Assembly: GCA_964187785.1 (NCBI GenBank)
Contig: OZ076409.1
Coordinates: 89,530,001-89,594,000, forward strand
Direction of reading: 5' to 3'
Origin: Amphiscolops sp. MND2022
Lineage: Eukaryota
Length of the DNA: 64,000 bases
The translations under genes were made by a program, and so were the position numbers. Below are positions 36,396-49,699 of this stretch, piece after piece; positions within the stretch are counted from its first letter, which is position 1, and every line of letters starts with the position of its first letter. The notes below the pieces were generated by a model, which saw only the letters and a list, made by a program, of their open reading frames with translations, was not told the origin of the DNA and did not search any database.

Positions 36396-39300
36396 AGGTG
36401 CTATCTCGCCTCGCAGCAAAAATGATGAAAAACTATGGTGTTTCATTGTCGCTACCTGCTCCAGTTTTTTATGAAATAAAACTCATCCAACACTTCGATT
36501 AAAGCAGACAACTTTTGGGTTGAAACCAGGCCAGTTTGACCTGTGAATGTTTCAAAGAAGGTCCTTAATAAAATCGGCTGCCTAGTTTTATTATTTGCAG
36601 GTGATGTCGATTTTAACCCCGGCCCCACTCACGTGTAAAAGAAAAGTACTGCAGTGCTCTCCCGTAACAGCAAAAAACTGAAGTTTTTTCATGTGAACTG
36701 TCAAAGCATTATCCAAAAGAAAACACAAAAGGAAAACCTTGTCGAGGATCGTGGCAACAACACTGTATAAGGGTTCTCTGAAACATGGTTTTAAAAAATA
36801 TAGGACAATCAGTGTTTCTGGGAAATGAAAAAAGATCTTTTCGAACTATATCGTTCAGATAGAGAAACAACGTTAAAATGACAGAGGTGGTGGGGTAATG
36901 CTTGACGTTCTAAAATCACCTAATCCCAAAGTAAGAAAGGACCATAGTCATCTGAGCAAAAATCTTTTGGATCGAATGAAACCTGAACAATCACGACCAA
37001 ATGAAAAGAAAGCAACTCATCAGCATCAACTACAACCCATTAAAAGATTGAGTGGAGTTCTTTTTTGAAGAATTATCAACAACAATTGATTTTGCCGTCC
37101 CCGAAAACAAGCCACCGAAAACAAAATAAACTTGATGAGGGATTATAATACTGACTCTCTCAATTGGAAAGAAAAGCAAGCTTCTGTCATTGTTCCCTAT
37201 GGACTAAGCGTCATCAATGACAACCAACCAACGAGGGTACAAGGAAATCCCAAGTGAAGTAGTTTCTATAAACAAGATTGTCCTGAGGGGATCTACACAA
37301 TATTTTGCGAAATCATTGAGAAAGCGCTTGATAGTTGTACCTACAGAAAGACAGTTTTCGTCAAAAGTGATACAAATGTTTCCACTATGCATAACCAATG
37401 GATCAATACACAGACCGCGAACAGTTTGAACAGTTTTTGAAAAATCAACCTCAACTCAAACCCAAACGAGGCTGCCCATAAAACACTTAAACATGAATTC
37501 ATCGATGATTTAAGCGCTAGTGAGATGGAATATCGAAAAATATTCTTTAAAGACTTGACATCAGAAAAAGATGAATGGACCATTATAAACGAAGCCAGAA
37601 ACGCTAATGGAACTGCAACTACAAAATCGAGCTTGAAAAATTGTTTCCGTTATCTAGTACCTGGTGACTTACACTTTGCCGATTTTTTGAATTGTCGTTT
37701 TTCCAAAATCGGCAACTTTCTAGGCGATATGAAAGCTATATTCCACGGCTATATAGTGCAAAAAATCCAATGAAGTAACGTTTCATCCCATAAGTCTATT
37801 TGAATAAAAAACATAACAGGAAAATGAAAATCAACAAACCTTTAGGACCATCAAAAATCCTGCATAGCCTCAATAGACGCGATGAAAGTTTACTGCTGAG
37901 CCACTCACGCTTCTCATTAACAGTTTGCTGGAGGAAGGAATATTCCCAAACCATTTGAAGCAATCTTATGTTATCCCAAAACTCAAAAAAGGGGATTACG
38001 AAGAACCTAACAGTTTTCAACCTATTTGTATTACTCCTGCACTGTTTAAAATCTTTGAAAAAGTCTTTGAAAAGCCAAATCACTCATTACTTCTTGGATT
38101 CCGTGGAAATTGTTCTTCTGTTGATGCTTTGTTGTATGCTGTTGAGAACATCCGTTAAAAAATTTATGACAACGAAAACGTTGCTGCTGTATTGTTGAAT
38201 CGTTCGAAAGCTTTTGATTCGATGTCGCAATATATTTTATTGGACAAATTGGAAGAACTTTTTTTCGGTAATCATGCAGTCTCATTAATACAAAGTTATC
38301 TAAAAAAATCAAAAAGTGATGCTCACCACTTGTAAATCGGATTGGATTCAAATATATCAAGGTGTTCCACAAGGCAAATTATTGGGTTCAATGTTTACGG
38401 CGTCTCAATGTTTACGTCAAACCTGTTAGAAAATCAGTTTCTAATCTTTGTCTTTTTGTACAATATGTTGATGATACATTGATAAATTGATGTTTTCATC
38501 CCATCAAGATAAAAACCAAGCGATACAAATGAAAATGTAATAACTGGTGCATTTGTTTGAATGCCATAGAATGACTATCAATGCAGATATGAATGCATTC
38601 ATAATTTTCTGTAAACCATCCTAAAACAATCAAAAAAAAATCTAAAGTTAGTGGTGAGAAATGAAACGATCAAAATTTCGGGGAGTGTCAAATAGCTTGG
38701 AATCATTCTTGATCAGAACCTAAAATTTCAAAATGTAGTGAAAAATCTAATGAAATAAATTGCATGCGGAATCAAAACATTATACGCAATACATGAATCA
38801 TTTCGCGAGCAAACTTGGATAATGATATTGAATGCAATTGTTGTCAATCATCTTGCTTAATTGAAATTCCGAAAATCACTTACTTCTTTGGAAAAACAAC
38901 TGAGCTGGCAGGATAGAGCATGTTTTATTAGGGGAAAATGTGATCACTTAGCGGATCTGGAACTTTTGCATGTTTTTTTACCTATACGATATTTCTCGAA
39001 ATTGAAGTCAACTTTGTTTTCTCTTGGAAGTTCTGTCACAACATGGTTCCCTCTTTAGCGAAAGATAAGAAACCAACTGATGCTGTTATTAGAGAAAATA
39101 ATTTAATCGACAGATCAAATCTATCTCAATATCAAAAGCGACAGTATCTTTATTGAAAATATCTTTTTCAGCAAATGGTTCTAATATGCAACACCTTACC
39201 GAAACTTTTGGAAACGGAACGACATTCATATCAAACTAAAAAGGCGAAGAGGAAAAATTTTTTATCTGGAAAAATTCAGAAAGGAAATAAACATTCTCGA

Positions 39301-39430
39301 ATATAACAAAAAGTGTTAGAAGGATTTTAAATTTCATCAAATTCCTGCTTTTCAAAAAATGTTGATTCACATGAATTTCAATAATTATGATTACCATGAA
39401 ATTCTTTCAGCGTAGTACACTGCTTTGTTT
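36396..39430 (+). mobile_element. Same LINE, copy 2 (tandem duplicate, retains the 3' tail)
   Basis: Repeat of 33549-36395 at offset ~2847-2855; junction GCGAAGA|AGGTGC. Confidence 0.85.
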
Positions 39431-40533
39431 CAAACTCAAGTTGAATTTGTTTTTAAAAACAAAGGTAAAATTCAGTGTTTTTTGAAACCCAAAGGGGAGA
39501 TGAACTGGTTTTTACGCAAATTCCTCCTTTTTATTTCGCGAAAACCTGATTTCAGGCAAAAAATGACATCCTTGAAACAGTTTCAAAGTGTCGAAAACTG
39601 TGAAACAGGACATGCATGCATTTATAGCATCCAATTTGTTGCAAAATTTCAAAAACTGGAAGAGAACTTGCAGAGAAACGACTAACTGTCACAGTGCTGG
39701 AACTGAAGAGATGTACCTGGCAAGAAAATTGAGAGATTCTCATTGAGTATCTGAGAATTCATAGTAAGTTTTAATAATTTCCAAAAAAGTCTTAAAATGG
39801 TCAAAAACCTCTGAATCTGCATCCAGATGTATCCAATTCACCGATCACACAAACAGCTACAGAGTAAGTTTCAATAAAAAAAGGTATCAAAAAAGTGCAA
39901 ACACTCAATTTTCTTCTTTTTTTCAAGAACTGCCAATGAAATTGAAACATTCGATAGAGAAAATACAAATGGCGGTCAAGTCATTTTGTCATTTGATACC
40001 AAAAACTTGTTTTCCAAAATTTAGCCACCGTAGACTCCTGATAGGAATTGAAGATTTTTATGAACAAAGTGTCAGAAACATTCTAACTAGCTTTCAAAAT
40101 CGAACGGTTTTGGCGGGAAAGTTTCCGCGTTAGAAGAAACAACGTTCACTCTTTGAACATCAAGAACTGATACAACACTGAGAACACTGAAGAATACAGA
40201 CATTGATCACCTAGCTACCTCTATCATTACAGCGACAGAAATGAAAACAAAATCAAATCAAAAGTATAACAGAAAGAAGAAAAACATTTCGAAAAATCAG
40301 ATAATTCGAAAGAGGTATTCCGCAACATCATCAATAATGCTAAACTGGAGAAGTTTCTACAATCAACATTGTGCTGAGGGATCTACACAATATTTTGCGA
40401 CATAATTGAGATTGCGCTTGTTAGATGGCAGGAATAACACTTTTGGGTGTGTGCCAATATCCCAAAAAAAACACCCATCGCAGTGAAGCAATCCGTGTAA
40501 AAAAAACCAAAACCTTGAATTGATAAAAATGAA

Positions 40534-41500
40534 TTTTGTTTCTTTCTTTATCAGATATCATGGATCTTCGTCATGAGTCAAGTGCCATGTTTATCAACAT
40601 GTTGGGTGAGAAGACACACACCCGTGGTCTGCAACGAAAGCAGGGAACCCCATACCAGCCACTATCCCAGTAGACCAGTTACAAGAAAAACAACCAACAA
40701 ACTACTCAAACAAGCCACTATGCAGTCGACCGGTGGAATTTTTTTTGAAGCTGCTTTGATATAAAGGTAAAAAAAATTAGGCTATATGTAATAAATTTCT
40801 TCGAACGCATCTCTGTCGCTCACCGTTCCTAGAACACAGGCCGCATTGCCGATCTGAAGAGCCATTGAAATCCGTTGCTTCAAAAAGCTGCCAGCTCGTT
40901 GATCGTCGTGCGAACGACAGAGCATTTTACAGAGACGCGTGATGAAAACTTCACTGCTCTCGCCTAAAAAACCCTGTACTTCCAAGGCCATCAGTTGAAA
41001 ATTGTATCCAATGTCAATTAATTCTCGAAAATTCTCAATTTTACGCGCTTCAGCATCGGTGACGGTGGTTCCCAGGTTACATGAAGAGCCTTGATTGAAG
41101 CGACTGGGTGCAAGAGCATCCACAACCGTGACACCCCACACCAGCTGTTTACCCATTTCCCAAGGAATCATGGTAACACCGTCTGGGCGCTGGGCGTTTG
41201 TCATCAGTTCGGTACAGTCCACGCGGTTCGAGCATTGAAGCCAAGTCGAGAGATCCCAACGTCTGCTTCATGACAGAATTGAGAGTAGCATGACGTGAGA
41301 AGCGACCAGCACTCAGAAAGACCTTGCAAACCGTCCCGTTCAACTTTTTACCACAGTGGCACGTATGCGCAACGCAGATGTTGGCACCGAGACGCAAACC
41401 AATTGAAATTCGAAGGTGCTGATCATCCAGTTTCAGGCCTAGGTTCTTCCAAGGAACGACGTTCACCCATTGAGACCCGATTTTGCCATTGAACATTTGA
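40534..41500 (-). mobile_element. 3' fragment of a CRE-like RLE non-LTR retrotransposon
   Basis: LRISIGLRLG, CHCG, GRFSRHATLN, RPDG, W(D>G)VTVVD, QRISMALQIGNAACV; frameshifted; (AAAG)n-like tail near 40534. Confidence 0.85.
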
Positions 41501-41519
41501 GAGCGACTTTTTCATCAGA

Positions 41520-42052
41520 GTAGCGCTTTGTTCTTATCACAGGTTGAGAATTGTCGATTTCTTGATATTGGCCATCAATTTGTTTGCATTCAAATAATTT
41601 TCTAATTTTACAGTTGCATCATCTAGCTGACTTTGCTTTCGGGTTATGACTTTGAAATCATCTGCATAGCAAAAGCTATCAGCTTCATTTAGTAATTCAG
41701 GGAGATCGTTTATGAATAGTAGGAAAAAGAGAGGACCCAAGATAGACCCCTGTGGGACCCCACTCGTCACTGCTTTTGGGGTAGACATGCTGTCCTTGAT
41801 ATGAACGTATTGTTTTCTATCAGTCATATACAATATGATTATAAAAAGCAGCTTTCCATCAATTCCATAGTTTTCTACCTTGTCATAGAATTCATAAAAT
41901 CGGTCAAGGAACACTAACAATTGGATTGTCGCTGATCTCCGTTTGCGGAAGCCAAATTGACTTTCGTGTAGTCGATCTTTGGTATGCTTGTATATACCGT
42001 CAAATATGACTTTTCCAGTGTTTTTGAAAGTTCTGATCAGCACAGCTTACAT
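41520..42052 (-). pseudogene. LINE RT fragment (CR1/L2-like), internally deleted
   Basis: QFGFRKRRS, SGVPQGSILGPLFFLLFINDLP, YADD. Confidence 0.9.
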
Positions 42053-44555
42053 ACCCCCTAATAGCCCCCAACAATAGCGAATCTGGTTAGAACAATACGA
42101 TTCTGCTTTCGATCATATAGTCCGAACTGACTTCAAAGGTATGCTCTTCTTCGGAGACATGAATGCCGGACACATATACTGGGGAGACACAACTGCAAAC
42201 GACCATGGAACCATGTTAGTGGATGGATTGAACGAAAATGTCGCTGTGATCAAAAATGGTGAACCTACTTTCCTAGCATCAAATGGTCATAGCGTCACTG
42301 ACTTATGCATTCTGACTCACTCCTTATCAAAACCGACATGTCTTTTAAGAGACAGTGAAACGGAGTTTTTCGCTGATGCTCCAGCCAGAAGACACATCTC
42401 AGTCTGTCTAGAGGTACAATTATCAGCGGAAGCTCACGCCGTACAAACCAAGCCATGGATAGAAAAGTCGGATTGGGAATCTCGGCGAAACTCTCCAGAA
42501 CACGAATTTTGTAACCCAGCAAATTGGAATGAGGATCCTGAGAGCTGCTGGGAGTTACTTAAACGCCTACTGAAGGAAGCTAAGAAACTCTATATTCCGA
42601 CGTAACGAGCTAATTAAAACAGCAAGCCGTTTTGGAACGAGGAACTCACTAAAGCCAGTAATAAAAAAAGGCTCTTGAGGCGCAAGTTTAAATACAACTC
42701 CAACTACCCAAACGGTCAACATCTAGCGAAGGCGCTTCCACAAATTACTGTCGGAGAGCGCATCAACATGGATGAGTACGATTTTAGCCGAAATGGAATA
42801 TAAGCACGGAAAACAGTTCTGGTTAGTTTACAATAGGCTTTTCAAAACAAAAACCTGCGAGATGGGCCCTATTATTGATTCCGAAAAAAAATTGCTCTGC
42901 AAACAAAGGGATATCGCCGAACATTTGAAGCTGACATTCTTTGGAGCTGTACACTTGAAAAACCACACATTTGACAAAGATCATCGGCAAAAAATAGAGT
43001 ATCTGCAAACGGAAGTCATATCCCATTGCAGGAGGAGACATTGGATAGATGAATTCACACTCACTCAACTGAAGAAATCCTTGAAAATTGTCAAAACCAG
43101 CTCGTTCGACAAGAATCTTATCCATCCCAGAGTGTTGCAAAGCTCGGGCCCGAATACCAAATTGACAGTTCTTGATTTATTGAATATGTACTGGATTGAA
43201 TCAACTCGGTCATGCGGAACTTCAAAGATCATTTTCGTCAAGAAAGCTGATAAGAACCCTTATGACATTGCATCAAGTTTTCAACCCGAGCTTATATCCT
43301 AAATGCGAATGGGCAAAATCGCATGAAAAATCTGCAGCCTTTCTGAACGTAGACATTGAGAAAGCTTTCGATAATGTGTGGCTCGACAACTTGATCTACA
43401 AATTGAAGAATTTGAAAAGAAATGGGAATTTGACAAAAATGATTGACGCCTTGCTTCGTTTGAGAAAAAGAAACAGAATAACCTAGATCATTACACTTCA
43501 CCCCTGTTCAATATCCATATTGGACTACCACAGGGAAACGTCCTCTCCCCTGTGCTTTTTATTATTTTCATCTCTGATTTCCTATCAAACTCAAATAACG
43601 CTTTATGTTTGCTGATGATTCTGCAGTGATGATACTTCAATCTGGACGAAAAATTACTGAATTGCTGAAGGAGACCTGCTTAGATATCGAAATGTGGTGT
43701 AGACGCTGGAGATTGGGTGTAAACGGATCGAAAACCGAAATTTTGTCTTTACCCAATTCACACGAAGGCCTAACCCAGATCAACCGAAAGGGAGGAAACT
43801 GCAAAAACAGCGAAAACACGATTTCACTCGGGCTCAACATCAATTTTAAACTCAACTACAAACAATACACGGAACTCTCAGTTGCCAAAGATACAGGAAA
43901 CTGGCATATCCTCCGAAAGAATTGCAGCACTATGTGAGGAATTACCCTTCTGACCCAAGTCTACCTTTACCGATCTGTCATACAACCCCAAGTTTTATAT
44001 GGAGCACCAATATGGGCTCAAAAGAACATCAAATCCCTACAACTCTTCCAAAACAATATCCTTAGATCAATCTTGAAAAACTGTATATTAGTACAACTGA
44101 AGCTCTCACAGGGATTCCACCACTTGACTTTTTCTGCCAAAGTCTAGCTGTACAAATTTTGTTTAGAAAAACGCAAAAGAACGACCATAACAGACAGCCC
44201 ACAACCAAGCAATAACCAATAAATGCAGCAATAGTTGCGTCACCAAAACTTATTGGAGAAGGTATTGCAAAGTGACCAACACAACCAAAAATGGTACACC
44301 CCTGAGTCGATATCCGCAAATCTAAAAATTTTATGGCTGAACTGATGGAAAAGCCCATTGACCAATGTCTTCGTTAAAAGATTCATTCACTTGAAATCCA
44401 TAATTGGTAAACCCTGCCCACATATTAGGAGAAATCCCTATTATGCAAACCGCATTTGCAGCCTACCAATGGCCAACACGACGATCTTCAATTAGATCAA
44501 ATGGAAGTTAAACAAATGTCCCTCTCCGAGGTGGTCATGTGGTGATGAAGACAAA
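42045..44555 (+). mobile_element. Decayed APE-RT LINE ORF2 (I/Jockey-group-like)
   Basis: YIPP, GDMNA..WG, NGEPTF, DL (APE); DIEKAFDNVW, GLPQGNVLSPVLFIIFISD, FADDSA, KTEIL, YGAPIW (RT and C-terminus). Confidence 0.85.
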
Positions 44556-44559
44556 GCAT

Positions 44560-45362
44560 ACCACTAACAAATGTTTTCAATCGTTTGTCAACCGCGATAT
44601 TTTAGAGACAAGGTACTATCCGAATTCAATCGATACAGAAGTGCTACTGGGTATACCTCCAATAGACATTGTTGTTCAGAACATCTCAGCCAGGTTTCCA
44701 ACGAAAGTTCTACAATATCATGATCATCTGAGGAAACGAGTTATTCAACAACTAAACTTATTAACATTCATCACCTCTCAGAGAAACATAATGGAACAAT
44801 TTTACAGTCTGAAATATATTGAATTATCTGACGACCATAGCTACTCCGAAGTTGTGAGTAGAAGTCACATCCTTCTTAGATGGAACTCCAGATGGGTTTA
44901 CCCGGATTTTGCTACATACCTGAAGACTTTTGTACATAGAGCATACATTGACCCAATGCGGATGAAAGGAAACGCTACTAAACAAAAAAATGCGGACCGC
45001 TATTGAACTACCACTGAATATCAACCCCTCAATGAATAACTTCGCCTACAATAGAAGTGTAACTGCTAGCCCGCTCTGCTCTTGCAAAGAAACTGAAGAA
45101 ACAGCTACTCATTTTTATTCGACTCTACAATATACGAAGCTATGAACCGACACGCAAACAATTTCAACCTGTACGACTTACGAGATTTTGTAAATCTGGT
45201 TGAATTCATACGAACTAGCGGACGTTTCGACTAACCACAACATTCTTGTTTTGTCAAGTGTAAATTAATCTCTAGGTACTCATGATTCCTTATTCGGTGC
45301 TAAACATGCCCGCACGAAAGGGGCTTTAAGGAGTTATAAAGTTTCTAATATTTAAATAAATA
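44560..45362 (+). mobile_element. 3' fragment of a second related LINE with a C-terminal CCHC-type knuckle
   Basis: TEVLLGIPPIDI parallels TEALTGIPPLD of the preceding element; SPLCSCKETEETATHF; AT-rich tail. Confidence 0.7.
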
Positions 45363-45364
45363 TA

Positions 45365-48300
45365 ATATTTATTATTATTAGGGCTTCGTAGATATGCCAC
45401 AGGGAGAAGCTTCCGTAATTAAATCAACGGGTTTGCACGACATGGTTCACACAGACAGACACAAATCCAAAAACACGACTTGTTGTCTGCCCAAAAATAC
45501 CTAGGATACTTCCGTATTAGATTAAGCCATCTCTGTTTCAGGTTTAGTTGGTTGAAAAAGTCAAGGTGCTTCTGTAATGTATTGATTCTAAATCCAGTTC
45601 GGTACCAGCAATTTTGGCGTTGCGCTCCGTAGTAATATTCTTAACTGTCTTCCTTCACGTTTGATTTCATAGTGGTCGGTAACGTCAACTGTGTAGTAGC
45701 CGTTGATGATGTTACTGAACAACACAAAATCCCTCGGAACCTTGTCATAAAGCGGTGGTAATACATTCGTCGGAAATACTGAGTCAGTGTAGTTTGTTAC
45801 GCAGATCCAATTGAGGGCTTTCGCATTGAAATGTTCATTTAATTTGTGCTCAGCCTTTTTCAGTTCCCATCTTTCAGAACCGAACAACCGTGTCATGGTT
45901 ATGATAGCTCTGTAATGGTGTATTTTTGTAGTTTTGGCGAGTGACTGATGGGTGTTCGTCTTCAAAAGTTAGAAACACTTTAGGGCTTCCGAGATACAAT
46001 ATTCCTCGTGTTCTTTCCAGTTTAAGGATTCATTGACAATGAGCCCTACATCTTTGGAGGACAATTCACGCTCCAGTATTTGATCTCCCAGCAGTAAGGC
46101 TACGTCTGTTGTTCTTTTGGTGTTTTTTCCAGTCGCAAGTTCGATCACGGAGCACTTCTTGGAACAAAACACGAGACAGTTTTGTGTTCTCCAGGAGTTT
46201 AATTTATCAATGTCACTTTGCAAGCGTTCCAGTTGCTCTGGACTACCACTGTAGATTAGTTTCAAGTCACAAGCAAACAGTAGCGCCACTGAGGAAAACA
46301 CAACACTCGGTAGATCAGGTTTGTATATCAAAAAACAAGACGAGAACAACTAAAGTCGGCGCTATATCTAAGGCTCAAAAAGCGCAAAACATTTTTTTGG
46401 AATAAAATTTGAAATTTTTGAAATTTTTTTTTTCGGAAAATGTCGCACAGTGCCAAAAAAAGTAAAAGGGGGCCCTTTTTGATTTATAAACATGCATTCT
46501 GTTGCAAAATAACAAAAAACTCAAAGGGGGGACCCTTTGGGACATTCAAAAATTTTCGAAAATAAAGTCGCACAGTGTCGAAAAAATTAAAAGGGGACCC
46601 CTTAGTCTCGGCCGGTTTTGTAGGTTACGTTAAAAAAGTAAAAACTGAAAGGAGCGACCCTTTGGAGACAGAAAAAATTTCGAAAAAAAATCGCCCCGTG
46701 CCGAAAAAAAATCGAAAGGCGGGACTTTTTAGTCCCGTCCGGTTTTGTCAATATATTTTGAGAGTGTCACAGGACGATAGTTTTTAACATTTATTCTTTC
46801 GTTTTCTTTGTGGATTGGTGAAACCATTCCTTCTTTCCATTCAGTCCGAATTTTAGATAGTCTTTTTATGTTCGAGTACAAGAGTTTAAGCCACCGCGTT
46901 ACCTCCACTCCCTTCGCCCGTAAAAATGCTGCGGAAAGCCCGTCGGCACCACGGCTTTTACTGATGTTGAGCCTCTGCAGATCTTCGCTGTTTCAATTCA
47001 TTGATATGGAAAGTGATGTCCCCAAACTCCACTTGCTCAGTTGGGATGAAGATGGAATAATCAGGATCCGTTTCAATAGAAACAAAGTACTTATTGAGAA
47101 GCTCTGCTTTGTTGTATTCCTTAGTTGCAACTTCGTTTGTTTCGCCATTAACTCCTCTCCTGGGAAAATTTTCTTTTTGCTAGCTCTTCAGACACTTGAA
47201 AATTCTTTGACCATTTTTTCCGGCGAAAAGTTTTGTTTCGTAGTCGCTTCTGTCCCTTTCTTGTAGTTCCGGGCATCTAGACTCCAAAAGGATCACTTTG
47301 CTTGAAATCTCAGAAGTTTTTCTTTGTTGACTTCGTCTAGCAGTTGACAGTTTAATCAGCACGTGTGATGTTTCATTTGATACCCATGGGGATATTTCTG
47401 TCTCTTTTTTGTCCGTTTTGGAGTTTATTTATTCATCATTGAATAAATCCAAAGGTACCATAGATTTACATTACCATCAACATTGCAATAACAATACGGC
47501 CGGAAAGGTTGAACAGCCATTTCAGCTAGCAGAGAATGGTAGTCTCAACGGCAGTAACTTTTTTTGACTATTAAATTTTTCTGTAATTCGTACATTTGTC
47601 GTTAGTTCAATTGTTAAGGGGATATGACTTGAGAAGCCTTCCATGCCTGCCTTTTTTCGCAATGGCACCGATGAATGATTCCTCTGTTATAGTACAAGGT
47701 CCAAACAGGAACTTTTCGTGGTTTTGAAGTTCACCATCTGAATCAACCAGCAGTCTTCTATGAAGGAAAGAATTTGTTGCTCGTAAATGTCTGCAGATTG
47801 GTAGGTGTCCCAAATTATATTTAGCAAGTTGAAGTCGCCAACAAAAATGAAATTTTTCTTACAGTTTTTTTTCGAAGAAAAGCAAACATTTCTCTAAGGT
47901 CGTTCACTGGTATCCGATAGGGACTTTCGCTATCAGGGTTGTAGAGGATTCCTTTGAATAACGGTTCAAGATTCTTGAGTTGTATCACTCGCAATGTGTT
48001 CTGTATCGACGTAGGCAGTGTATTTATGTAGACTTTTTCATGTTTGATGTGGTCTTTGACTGCTATGAGGACCCACCATTATGGGCCGAGATTTCATTGT
48101 TCGAAGGTCTGACAGCTCGAAATATTTGAAAGTTTTGTAGGTAAAGTTCTCTGTTTCTAAACGTTTTTGTCAGCCACGTTTCGGTTATCAATAGTATGTC
48201 GTTCGTCAGTCGATAAACAAAGTCAGCATATTCTACCCTTCGATTTCTAAGCAACATGTTGCGTAGATTGTATTGTAATGCTTTGAATTTTGACAACAGT

Positions 48301-49200
48301 GATGCTTCTTCCGAAGCAGAATCTTTTGTAGTTTCGTTTTCGATTGTCTTTTTCCTTTTCTGTAGCTCAAATGAGTCCCTGGGCCACGTATCGTGTAAAT
48401 AAAGTTATCGGATTTTTCTACTTCTCTAGTTTTCGCTTCCTCAATCATTACTTTATTCAGTTTCCGTGTTGCTTGGGAATAGTCATGAGATACCCTGATA
48501 TATCTAAACATTTCGTGTGAAGTTTTCAAGTTCCGTAGTAGTCGGAAGATTCAAAATAGTAAGCGAGTATTGGAATTTGAGTCTGTCTTCGCAGACAATG
48601 TCAAAGAATTTCAAATCCTCCTGTTTTCTTTGTTCTCAAGATTCTAATACACTCTCTTTCACGTTGAAAAGAAGTAAGTTCTGCTCCTGTTTTTCAAGAT
48701 CAAGCTGTTATTTTTCTTGCTCTGCCAATGTTTCAGGCACAATGACTTTCAACTTCTGAGGCTGTATATTGGCTTGAAGTTTCGAGGCAGATTTAATTTC
48801 ACACGATATTTTTTCCTGTTGATCTTTGATTTCATTCAATTTCGTATCTAAGGTTCTTCCAATTTCTGGAATCGGTTTTCAATTTCGATTTCGACTTTGA
48901 GTTAATGTCCTTTTCAGGTTCATCTTAGAGTTTACGCTTACCGTGTTCCTTGCATAGCTTGCAAAGCCAGATGAGTCCTTCACATTTCTTGAGAGCATTT
49001 AGTAACGGAGATGGAACACCCGACTATATGTTCCCGTGGTACCAAATACCAAACACTTGGCAAGCGAGGCTTCCTTCTTTACACTCATTTCCACATTCAT
49101 CACAAGGATATTTTGCAGAAGGATTTCTCTTGCCACTAGTCATCCCGAATCAGATATGCCCCTTCTAACGAACTAAGGTTTTTGGAGGCACAAGTCTGAC
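45365..49200 (-). mobile_element. Near full-length decayed CR1-like LINE with PHD-finger ORF1
   Basis: ORF1 from ATG 49143: CDEC..ACQV.GIWYH..WLCKLC (PHD), then a coiled-coil-like stretch; APE LQYNLRN..LLITETWL..VGDFN; RT FLIYKPDLP..FACDLKL..LQSDIDKL..KDVGLIV; (TAA)n tail at ~45370; RT interrupted by a HINE-like copy. Confidence 0.85.
46334..46748 (-). mobile_element. DINE-1/HINE-like element, copy 4 (truncated), inserted in the CR1-like RT
   Basis: AACAAGACGAGAACAACTAAAGTCGGCGCTATATCTAAGGCTC start, with the same internal repeats. Confidence 0.8.
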
Positions 49201-49699
49201 GAAGGATGGTTACAAGGAATGAAGGCACTTAAAAGTACTAACTTCGTACCCTCTCTCATACCGTCTTCTCCGTCTCATACCGTCTTCATACCGTCTTCTC
49301 CGTCTCTCTTTTTGAGAAGGTTTGTTTCTGTTGTGCTTTTTCTTCCTCCAGAATGATCCAAGATTAATGCGTCTATTCCAGATGGTGTTGAAGAATTTCA
49401 GCTTTAGTGCCTCTGACATATGATTGTAACGTCATCCTATAATGAACGAAATTTTGGAAATTTTTGAAAATTTCGTTCAAAACTGACGTGGCACTCGAAC
49501 ATGGTTTTGCAAAGTACCTGTCAGCAGAAATCATAGAGAGACAGAAAAAAGAAGTACCGCGCGATGTGGAGAACGAACAAGAACCATGTAAATTGGTGAA
49601 AACAGATAGCCATGCGCTAGAATCTACGGCGTTTGCCTGTTAGAACCCACTTTGGCTGGATCTACTCGAAAAACAGCATGACGGCGTAATTACAGTATC

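Noticed and set aside
46808..47266. 152-aa plus-strand ORF (also 62995)
   Set aside because: Antisense shadow of the minus-strand CR1-like ORF2.
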